Part shown: one piece after another, positions 47,827 to 58,312 of the stretch | Layout of the letters: every line of letters begins with the position of its first letter | How positions within the stretch are numbered: position 1 is the stretch's first letter | Assembly (NCBI GenBank): GCA_020891255.1 | Contig: BQFW01000008.1 | Span: forward strand, 372,001 to 436,000 | Direction of reading: 5' to 3' | DNA: 64,000 bases | Source of the DNA: Entomortierella parvispora E1425 | Taxonomy: Eukaryota > Fungi > Mortierellomycota | Notes under the pieces: generated by a model | Databases searched by the model: none | The model's input: the letters and a program-made list of their open reading frames with translations, nothing else | Told to the model about the DNA's origin: nothing | Program-made: the position numbers and the translations under genes

Positions 47827-50290
47827 TTATGAGTGCTGTCTAGAATTGTGACCTTCCCCGCTGCACACTCCACACTTCGTTGATTTTTTTTTTGTCTCCA
47901 TGCTACTCTTTATCCGAGAAGTCCTCGGTCTGCCCTTCGTCTTTGTATAGTGAGGATCCTTCATACCTTCTTCGCCTGCCCCCCTCACAATGACACGGTT
48001 TAGGCCATCTTTAACTGTTTCGAATACTTCTGGATTGGAGTTCACGGTGTCCATGATATTCTTCATCAGGCCAGATATCTCTCCAATGCGGCGTTTTTTT
48101 GGAAAGGTTGCGTTTATCAACCCCCGACAGGGATGGCACTGAGGGGAAAACCTTCATGATATCGCTCATGAAAGAAGAAGCAGGCTCTCCCTCTGCACTC
48201 CCCACCTGAGCGACCGTCTTCTGCGTTTTTGCGCTCAAAAACGCCCCTGAGAGATCAAGATCTGTTAGGTCCTGCAGTTCTTCTTTAAACCACCGCATCG
48301 GAATAAGCCTGACATGATACTTGCATCTGTCACTAACTTGCATCAGATGGAAATAGTGTCGACATACAAATCCGCTGTTTTGGAGGGAGGAGGCAAGTAC
48401 AAATGTACGAGCCATCAGCCAGTAAAAGTATGTGCTGAAGTGACTTTCGCTCCGTGTCCAAGCGGAACGTCACGTCGAAGATTTGTACAATTCGATCAGA
48501 ACCAACGATTGTCTGGATGGACTGGAGAGAGCTCATTTCGCGATCGTCTTTTGACGATCTCTCAATCTAAGGACAAAGAGAAGAATAACGGCTTAGTACC
48601 TCTATCTGGTCTTAGGATTGCGCTTGGGTATTGGAATGATGTACAAGTACTTACTTCCTCGAAATCACCTCCTTCGATTGATCGTGGAGCACAGGCGTCT
48701 ATACCTGTGTGTGGATTGGACTGATACAAAACAGAGCGCGACATCTCTAACTTCATCTGACTTTTTGCTGCGATGCCAAGATAGCGATTGTTTGCATCGA
48801 TAACATCGGCAAACATTTGCTGAACAAACGTCGACGTTGCGGGATCAACCGTTGTATCCGTCTTGTAGAGAATATACTTTGAAGTCTGGGCTTCATTTGA
48901 TAGCTTCTTTTCAATTGCCTCGAACAGTGCTGGAAGGGACGTCTTGCCATTGACGGCCCTTTTGATGGCCGCATTCATACTCTCCACACGCTGAGTCGAC
49001 TGCATTCCGGCGGTAAATCTTGTCCCAACCCAAGGCCAAGCCCAGTGCTCGCGCTTCTCGCTTATCCTTTTCAGGTAACCCTCAATCTTTGGCTTATCAA
49101 CACCAAAGACCGCAACATGCTCTGACCATCTACGCTCAAAATCGGAGGCCGTAAGCGCGTTTCGGGTTGTCCAAAAAGCTGATATAAAATCATTCCAGTC
49201 TTTGCCTAGCGCTCCGTGGAGGTTTTTGTTCAGGTTTTGTCGCAGATGCCAGATACAGTTCAAGACGGTGGTCTTGCTTATAGTTGTGGCACAAGCGGCC
49301 TCCATAGCGGGATCTTCGTCGACGAAAATGATATGAGGATATACGTTGTCGCTTGCCGCCAACAGTTGCTCTAGAATCCACTCATAGTCCTCCACTGATT
49401 CCCCAGAAACCAATGAACACCCTACCAAACGACTCTTTCCTGCATTGTCGATAATGACTATAACATTAAGAGGCATGCCGAAACGGTTCGTCTTGTAAGT
49501 GTTATCGCTGATGACAACATCGCGGTAGCGTCGGTAGAGGTATCTTTGAGAAGGGCTCATCCAGAACATCCTTCTGAGCCGGCCATTTTCATCCAGATCG
49601 GTAGCAAAGAACCAGTCTTTATCGTTGCGCGTTTTATCCTGTAGAATCTTGTGGAGCTCTGCAGCCTCGGAGCCACCGATGTGAGCACTGTTTTTTGCTT
49701 TCTGGATGGCATTTGCGACTGTCCGAAGATCGAACGCTTTGTCTGGCCATTCATGTTGAAGCATGTAAACAATAAACTTGGGATCACATTTGCCTGCATG
49801 GGTGGTAATAAGCTGGAGCATTTCGGCACTGAGTCGTTTATCACGCTGGTTGGACTCCAGGATGTCGCATTTCTTGAGTTCGTGGCAGTGGTCTGTGACA
49901 AGGGAAGTAATACGCCAACGTGGAAACAACTCCCTTGGAGACCGAACAACGATTTGGCATGGGCAGCACTCGCGGCTGGAGGTGCAATTGCGGTGCTTAT
50001 CTGGGTCAACATTCTTTTGCGGAACATGTTTTCCAGCCTTCTTGCAACCAAAAATTACTATTCATCGGCAAACCATACTTGTGTCAAAAAGAATTGATCC
50101 ATAGAGAAAAAAAAACAACCTGCAGATTTTAAGTACCTACCTCGGGGACTTTGGCCATTCATCCTCTTGAGTCTGGACTGCATCCTTCTCAGGAAAAATC
50201 CTTGCTTGCGAGCCCATGCGTGGAGTTTTTTCTTCTAGTTCTTCAAGAGTTTCATGCAACTGGCCGATATAAGGTGTCCACGGCAGGCTG
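47827..50290 (-). CDS. MULE transposase (FAR1-type DNA-binding, DDE, SWIM, CCHC knuckle), frameshifted as assembled
   Basis: AWARKQGF...FGCKKAG...C...W.IT...DHCHEL; DNTYKTNRFGMPL, FVDED, CIWH, TQRVESMN; SWIM CTC...CRH; KCGVCSGEGHN. Confidence 0.92.
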
Positions 50291-50761
50291 TCACCCTCTT
50301 CAGCACTGTTGCCTGTGATGGCTATGGCGGCAGCCGCTACCTCTGCCCTGGCCCCACATGAAGAGGGTCCGTCAGCTGCAAGAGCATCACTTGTAATGGT
50401 TACGGCGGCGGCCGCTGCCTCTGCCCTGGCCCCACATGAAGAGGGTCCGACATTTAAGAAAGCATCACTTGTAATGGTCTCTCTAGAATAGCCGCATCGG
50501 CTACAGCTGTAGTGACCCCATCTTCGGTAGGTATCTCTTCATTGACTGCGACTTTTACAATGGCGTTGTCTGTGATGATTGAGTCAGTTGTAACTATGTC
50601 CGGATCATTTGCCGACACAATATCGAGATCAGCCACCCTTGCCACCCCTTGGCCTCGAGAAGCATGTGCTGCATGTTCGATCTAGATGAATTGAGTATTA
50701 ATCTACGGTGGTCGGACAACGGGGGATTTGTGTCATACGTTACAAACAAGCAAAGATTCAC

Positions 50762-51909
50762 CTTGTTGTAGCCGGTGGCCAGCTTCAAAAGCCTCAATCG
50801 ATGATGTGCAGATCGTTCGTGAGTCCAGAGTTCTATTTCAGGATTCATTCTCCTCTCGACAGCATTGATGGAGTTGACAGCGCACGATCCACTGCTAGCT
50901 GGTTGCCGTGGGACATCGAGATGCTCGATGTGGCTGCTCCAACGATCTATATCAAGCCCACAGCATCTTATCCATTGTCGTATCGCTTGACAGGCCTCAC
51001 GAGGTGTGGGATAAGAGAGGGAATCCCCAAATGAGATCTGACATTTAACGAAATCGACCTCGATCGCACCCCAATGAGATGGCATATAAACAATCGAGAA
51101 TGCCTTTTTCAACTCGCCCGCTTCGGAGCTCGTCCCTTTTCCATTCCAGGTATAGATTCTTTCGCCAGTTGTTGAGTTGAGTAGGTGTGATCAAAAGGTA
51201 TCGATTGCTTGCCCCATACGACTCGGCAAAGAGCTGCAACACCGTGCGCACGACCTCGTCATTAATGAAGCACTCCTTCATGAGACAAAACGCGTTTCCA
51301 ATGGCCAATGGCGCCTCAGAAGTTGGCTGAAACTCCCAATGGATGATGCCTGAGGTATTGGAAATTAGGTCGCGGATCCAATCGGCAAAGTTGCGATCCG
51401 AGACGGCATCGATCCAGTTAAACATCTCCATCGCTTGAATGATGAAAGTGTGCGTCTGCACCGCGCCGAGTAAGATTTTGACCGAGGCATGCGAGAAATC
51501 TCCAACGCCATGGATGCGAATGCCCCACGCCTTTTGGAGACACTGACGCACCAACTATAAATAAACATATTGTAACTGTGCTGGTCAGGAGTTTTGCCAA
51601 TTGACACCTAAACGAAAAGAGCAGCCGATGTTTTCTCTTATTGAACCTACGCAGCATTTCGTTGGCCTTCATAACAACATCTTGCGAAGGTAGCGTTTTG
51701 AGAATTGCAACTCTGGCTTCGAATATTCTCTCTTTGGGCGGTGGCAGCTCATATATGACCTCGACCTCGGTACAAGTTTTAGTAATCGGAAGGGGGATTT
51801 TCAGCAGTGCCTTGCCAGTTTGTAGCCTTTGCCAGTATTGGCTGTACATCACTTTCGATTCTTTCGACGTCCCTGGGTCGTCCACAAGATGATTAACAGC
51901 TGACGACAT
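50762..51909 (-). CDS. Ulp1-like (C48) SUMO/NEDD8-type cysteine protease region inside the MULE, frameshifted; 5' end unresolved
   Basis: FINDEVV, VYMPSHWGAIEVDF (His), FGDSL (Asp), PRQPASSGSCAV (Gln, Cys). Confidence 0.8.
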
Positions 51910-52159
51910 CCTATATTTTTTTTAAATGCCAAAATAGACTGTATCAGCAAAACGCTCCAAAGAACTTCAGTAGGTACGAGACAGACAACAAACCCCGTAC
52001 AGAGAAGTATGGCTCGGCTGAGGTTATAAGATTCTTGTGAATCTTCGTCGGTGCCTACTGCCGTAGCTTTATATCAGAAGTTCCAACGTTTCATTGTCTC
52101 CGCTTCGAGTAGAGTAACTCAAAACCCCGAACACTATTTGCAGTCTATGTGTATATACC

Positions 52160-55100
52160 ATATATGTACCATAGTCGGCCAAAAAAAAAAAAGATCCATT
52201 TTGCCTTCTGTATGCATGCAATTGACAGGCATCCTCTAAGTCATGGAGGGTGATAGTCCAGTGAGCTCTGACCTTGTCCGGTCCGGAAGACTGGAGCGGG
52301 TATCAGCCGTGTTTCTTTCCTCTGGTATTGATCTACCCCCGGTCAACCCTCAGTCAAAAAAAAAAAAAAAAAAACCTCTGCATGCAAGAGTAGACCATTC
52401 CTAATTGGGACTTCTGGCGACTCGCAAGGACTCGCAAGACGGTATGTGTACCATGGTCGGCCAAAAGAAAAAAAAAAGTGCATTTTGCCTTCTGTATGCA
52501 TGCAATTGACAGACATCCCCTAGGTCATAGAGGGTGATAGTCCAGTGGGCTCTGACCTTGTCCGGTCCGGAAGACTGGAGCGGGTATCAGCTGTGTTTCT
52601 TTCCTCTTGTATTGATCTACCCCCGGTCAACCCTCGGTCAAATAAAAAAAAATCCTCTGCATGCAAGAGTAGACCATTCCTAATTGGGACTTCTGGCGAC
52701 TCGCAAGGACTCGCAAGACGGTACGTGTACCATGATCGGCCAAAAGAAAAAAAAAAGTGCATTTTGCCTTCTGTATGCATGCAATTGACAGACATCCCCT
52801 AGGTCATAGAGGGTGATAGTCCAGTGGGCTCTGACCTTGTCCGGTCCGGAAGACTGGAGCGGGTATCAGCTGTGTTTTCTTTCCTCTTGTATTGATCTAC
52901 CCCCGGTCAACCCTCGGTCAAATAAAAAAAAAAAGCCTTTGCATGCAACAGTAGACCATTCCTAATTGGGACTTCTGGCGACTCGCAAGGACTCGCAAGA
53001 CGGTATGTGTACCATGGTCGGCCAAAAGAAAAAAAAAAGTGCATTTTGCCTTCTGTATGCATGCAATTGACAGGCATCCTCTAAGTCATGGAGGGTGATA
53101 GTCCAGTGAGCTCTGACCTTGTCCGGTCCGGAAGACTGGAGCGGGTATCAGCCGTGTTTCTTTCCTCTGGTATTGATCTACCCCCGGTCAACCCTCAGTC
53201 AAAAAAAAAAAAAAAAAACCTCTGCATGCAAGAGTAGACCATTCCTAATTGGGACTTCTGGCGACTCGCAAGGACTCGCAAGACGGTATGTGTACCATGA
53301 TCGGCCAAAAGAAAAAAAAAAGTGCATTTTGCCTTCTGTATGCATGCAATTGACAGGCATCCCCTAGGTCATAGAGGATGATAGTCCAGTGAGCTCTGAC
53401 CTTGTCCGGTCCGGAAGACTGGAGCGGGTATCAGCTGTGTTTCTTTCCTCTTGTATTGATCTACCCCCGGTCAACCCTCGGTCAAATAAAAAAAAATCCT
53501 CTGCATGCAAGAGTAGACCATTCCTAATTGGGACTTCTGGCGACTCGCAAGGACTCGCAAGACGGTACGTGTACCATGATCGGCCAAAAGAAAAAAAAAA
53601 GTGCATTTTGCCTTCTGTATGCATGCAATTGACAGACATCCCCTAGGTCATAGAGGGTGATAGTCCAGTGGGCTCTGACCTTGTCCGGTCCGGAAGACTG
53701 GAGCGGGTATCAGCCGTGTTTCTTTCCTCTGGTATTGATCTACCCCCGGTCAACCCTCAGTCAAAAAAAAAAAAAAAAAACCTCTGCATGCAAGAGTAGA
53801 CCATTCCTAATTGGGACTTCTGGCGACTCGCAAGGACTCGCAAGACGGTATGTGTACCATGATCGGCCAAAAGAAAAAAAAAAGTGCATTTTGCCTTCTG
53901 TATGCATGCAATTGACAGGCATCCCCTAGGTCATAGAGGATGATAGTCCAGTGAGCTCTGACCTTGTCCGGTCCGGAAGACTGGAGCGGGTATCAGCTGT
54001 GTTTCTTTCCTCTTGTATTGATCTACCCCCGGTCAACCCTCGGTCAAATAAAAAAAAAAAGCCTTTGCATGCAACAGTAGACCATTCCTAATTGGGACTT
54101 CTGGCGACTCGCAAGGACTCGCAAGACGGTATGTGTACCATGGTCGGCCAAAAGAAAAAAAAAAGTGCATTTTGCCTTCTGTATGCATGCAATTGACAGG
54201 CATCCTCTAAGTCATGGAGGGTGATAGTCCAGTGAGCTCTGACCTTGTCCGGTCCGGAAGACTGGAGCGGGTATCAGCCGTGTTTCTTTCCTCTGGTATT
54301 GATCTACCCCCGGTCAACCCTCAGTCAAAAAAAAAAAAAAAAAACCTCTGCATGCAAGAGTAGACCATTCCTAATTGGGACTTCTGGCGACTCGCAAGGA
54401 CTCGCAAGACGGTATGTGTACCATGATCGGCCAAAAGAAAAAAAAAAGTGCATTTTGCCTTCTGTATGCATGCAATTGGCAGACATCCCCTAGGTCATAG
54501 AGGATGATAGTCCAGTGAGCTCTGACCTTGTCCGGTCCGGAAGACTGGAGCGGGTATCAGCTGTGTTTCTTTCCTCTTGTATTGATCTACCCCCGGTCAA
54601 CCCTCGGTCAAATAAAAAAAAATCCTCTGCATGCAAGAGTAGACCATTCCTAATTGGGACTTCTGGCGACTCGCAAGGACTCGCAAGACGGTACGTGTAC
54701 CATGATCGGCCAAAAGAAAAAAAAAAGTGCATTTTGCCTTCTGTATGCATGCAATTGACAGACATCCCCTAGGTCATAGAGGGTGACAGTCCAGTGGGCT
54801 CTGACCTTGTCCGGTCCGGAAGACTGGAGCGGGTATCAGCTGTGTTTCTTTCCTCTTGTATTGATCTACCCCCGGTCAACCCTCGGTCAAATAAAAAAAA
54901 AAATCCTTTGCATGCAACAGTAGACCATTCCTAATTGGGACTTCTGGCGACTCGCAAGGACTCGCAAGACGGTACGTGTACCATGGTCGGCCAAAAGAAA
55001 AAAAAAGATACATTTTGCCTTCTGTATGCATGCAATTGACAGACATCCCCTCGGTCATAGAGGATGATAGTCCAGTGGGCTCTGACCTTGTCTGGATCAG

Positions 55101-55348
55101 AAGACTGGAGCGGGTATCAGCTGTGTTTTCTTTCCTCTTGTATTGATCTACCCCCGGTCAACCCTCGGTCAAATAAAAAAAAAGCCTTTGCATGCAACAG
55201 TAGACCATTCCTAATTGGGACTTCTGGCGACTCGCAAGGACTCGCAAGACGGTACGTGTACCATGGTCGGCCAAAAGAAAAAAAAGATACATTTTGCCCT
55301 CTGTATGCATGCCATTGACAGACATCCCCTAGGTCATAGAGGATGATG
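52160..55348. repeat. Tandem array of a 281-bp unit, about 11.3 copies, inside the MULE
   Basis: The anchor ATGCATGC.ATTG recurs at 52212, 52496, 52775, 53057, 53340, 53619, 53902, 54183, 54466, 54745, 55026 and 55305 (mean period 281). Confidence 0.97.
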
Positions 55349-55504
55349 GTCCGACATGTTCTTCTGGTTCGAAACAAAGGGACTGACTCGACTGACTCGT
55401 ACATCCAGGCTTCTTGTGTCAGCAACTCCCACATGTATAAATATGTGTACTTGCGGCATCCAGTTCTGTATCTTGTCCTCCTCATCGTTCTCACCTCTTC
55501 CAAC

Positions 55505-56357
55505 ATGCCTCGTGGTGCTTGCACTTACGGCTATTGCGCGCTAGGTCTCCTCCCCCCTGCCGAACCCAAGACCAAAAATCAGAAGAACCATGTTGCAGGG
55601 TATCACGTCGACAACCCCATCAAGTTCATGTGCGGGTACACTGATCGACAAGTCACCTTTAGTCGAATTCCCACAAAACACATGGATTTCGTCTGCTACT
55701 GTGGCCTGACGTTCACCCTTAACTCTTCGATCCATCGCCATTACCATTACTGTGCCGTTGCCAGGGACGCCGCCCTAAATGCAATCGCACATCCACCTCC
55801 TCCTGGTGCAGGTGGTGCAGGCGATGGCAATGGCGTTATTGTTGCGCCGGCGCCTCCTTCAACGGCCCTGGTGGTAGCGGAGCGCAGCGTCGGGGAGCAT
55901 TCTGGAGGAAAAGTTGATTGAGCAACATCAAGCCTTCCTGGAGACGTTCACAGGACAGAGCGCGAAGCTCGTCGAGAGCATGACCCAGTCTCAGTTGTCG
56001 TTTCTGAACACCTTCACCGCTTCGTATGCTGAACAAGCTGTGGCACATCAGCGCAGCATCGCTGAACATAACCGCTTGGCCTTAGAGGAGCAGCGCACGG
56101 CCCTCGAGGAGCAGCGAGCTGCCATTGAGATGCAGCGAGCAGCTGTTGAGGAACAGAGAGTGTTCTACAATCGCCATCAAAACAATCAAGCAGAGATAAT
56201 GGCCGAGCAGAAGCTTACAAGGGACGAGGTTAGAAACCTCATGTCACTCAAGCGCGATCGATCTTTCACGTTGGAAGTCAGCGAGCGAGCACTCAAAGGC
56301 CTTCAGAGTGACCCATCTTACATGGTCAGCCCCTGCCAGGACGACGAGGACATGTGA
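55505..56357 (+). CDS. Transposon accessory protein: Cys/His zinc-finger-like N-terminus, Pro/Gly/Ala linker, coiled coil (about 283 aa after repairing one frameshift)
   Basis: MPRGACTYGYC...NHVAGYH...CYCGLTFTLNSSIHRHYHYC. Removing one G from GGGG at 55892-55895 joins it to LIEQHQ...LEEQRTALEEQRAAIEMQR. Confidence 0.6.
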
Positions 56358-56605
56358 AAGACAGATAGTGCGCAATCCCACGTCGACGAAGTGTAACAGG
56401 TTATGTTCGCAATTATTCAATAAAAATATTCTTGCGAAATATCTTCTGATGCTATGGCGGACGAGGTGGACTTTTTTTTTTTTTACATATTATTTGCTAT
56501 GTCGAGACAGTGAAGCGAAGTGCGAGAACAAACTACTAACAATGAAGCCCGAATCCCCGCGCAACAAATGCCACGACTCATCGCTGTTTAATAAAGAATA
56601 AAATG

Positions 56606-57130
56606 TTACAAAAGTGTCGATATATGAACCTGGCCACGCACACCAGCCAGTAAGCGCTGGTCTGCCAGCTTAAGGTCATCTTGGGCATCTGGGCAACGGC
56701 CTTGGTGGTGGCCGGAGTGAGGTTTACCGCATTGGCAGGTGTCTGGTGGTAAGATCGTAGCAAATGCATTGTTCCAAGGTTGGCCTCGCTGTGCTTGCTT
56801 CTTCATCTTGGAGCGGATGCCTTGAGTCTTCTCCCAGGCAATAGTAACCTCGCCGCGTGTCTTCCGGATACGTGCAAGAGTATCCCTATCCTGACGACGG
56901 ATAAGTTGATGAGCAACTGCGACCACGACCGAGTGAGGGCCTTTAATAATTGGAGTCCAGGCCTTGATCGAAGCGCAGTGTAACACTCCTTGGTAGGCAG
57001 TGACGACCGACTGAGCCGATGCCAACGGGGCTGGTGCCAACGGGCTGGTGATCTGTCCCCTCACAGGAGGACAGGTCGTTGGCGAGTCATGGAAGGCAGA
57101 GTACAATGATGTCCACAAAGCCGTGTCCGA
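56606..57130 (-). other. Open frame inside the right end of the MULE with a CCHC-like cluster; possible remnant cargo gene
   Basis: Stop-free frame containing ...LARIRKTRGEVTIAWEK...CQCGKPHSGHHQGRC. No clear early ATG within the element. Confidence 0.25.
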
Positions 57131-57250
57131 TGGCTGGTACCATGGAGGCGGTTTCGGGCGGCAACTTCGGGTTTGCGGGCTTGTTGCGAACGAGGTGGAG
57201 CTCACTATCTGACAACCCAGGTTTCCATGCAATTTTCCAAAGTGTGACTG

Positions 57251-57300
57251 GTGGGTTGTCAAACAAAACGAACAACCTGGGTTGTCAAATAGATAAATCC
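57251..57300 (-). repeat. Right terminal inverted repeat of the MULE
   Basis: GTGGGTTGTCAAACAAAACGAACAACCTGGGTTGTCAAATAGATAAATCC is the reverse complement of the left end with 4 mismatches. Confidence 0.92.
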
Positions 57301-57486
57301 TTTTTCCTTCTACTGAAAACCTCAAGGCAAGAACGCATTTCCAATACCACTGATGCACGTTGGGATATGCAAATGAATTTTTTATGATGAACAAAGGAAC
57401 TATACAAAAGGCTGTTGAGTGTGGAAAGGAGCGGAGGTTCGACGACGCGTGAAGAGATTTGGGCAATGTTTTTTTTCTTTCTTTCT

Positions 57487-58312
57487 TTAAAAGAAAAGCT
57501 TCCAGAGGCGAGTGAAGAACCCCTGAGAATCGTTCACAGCAAGGGCAGTTGAGTGGGAGCAAGTGCATTTCGATGAAGAATCACCGATTGCGACGGCGCC
57601 CTTTTCTTGAGTCTCGGGCAGGTACTCGTCGCCATCCTTGCAGTAAAACTTGAGGAAGAAATCCATCTGAATCCAGAGTAACTTTCCAAAGGCGGCGATG
57701 GCCTTGTATTCGGTGTCACGGTCCAGGTTCAAAGATTTGATGCCTCCGATGAGCACGGTCTCGACGTATCCAAGCAAAGCATTGATGTGGATCACATCAA
57801 CGTTGATCTTTGACTTCTTTCCAGGGGTATCCGTGTGGATGCGGGCCACGTATTCCAGGTACTTGATCATACGTTCATCGTAGGGGTTTTTCAACAACTT
57901 GTCAAAGTAGCTATTGAGGTGGTATCATGGGAGAACAAACGGTTAGGATTTTTTTTTTTTTTTTTTTTTTTTTTGTTGTTGCGAGGTACAGGGGGAGAAT
58001 TACATACCGAGTCAGCATGTCCTTTCTGAACTTGATCTGCTCCGAGTCCTCCTGGAGTTTGGCAGCGTCCTGGACGACGTCGCCTTTGGGCGTAAAGCCC
58101 TCATGGCGCTTGGCCATAGTATCCCAGGTGATGTCAAAACGATGGAGCTTGGTGTAGACGGCATCGACGACGGCAGGGACCATAGGGAGGACAAGGGGGC
58201 CGGCTTGTTTGATGATATCAACGTCCTCATCACCAAAGTCCATGAACTTTGCGACGTACTGGAAGCGGTAGACGGGATCGGTATAGAGCTGGGATCTTTC
58301 AATGTGTTCCAT
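57487..58312 (-). CDS. Protoglobin/sensor-globin-domain protein, one intron
   Basis: FMDFGDED...VVDAVYTKL..FD.T...RKDML..Y...YLEYVARIH...HINALLG.V...LLWIQMD globin-fold pattern. Confidence 0.85.

Larger units (their letters stand above)
47689..57300. mobile_element. Complete Mutator-like DNA transposon (MULE), 9612 bp
   Basis: 50-bp TIRs (46/50 match), identical 9-bp flanks TTTTTCCTT at 47680-47688 and 57301-57309, and an internal MULE transposase. Confidence 0.93.

Noticed and set aside
52160-55348. Tandem array as a CRISPR array or as a repeat-protein gene (recurring 82-91 aa ORFs)
   Set aside because: There are no unique spacers and no cas genes, and the context is eukaryotic. The ORFs are broken by variable poly(A) lengths and stops in all frames, so they are by-products of the repeat.
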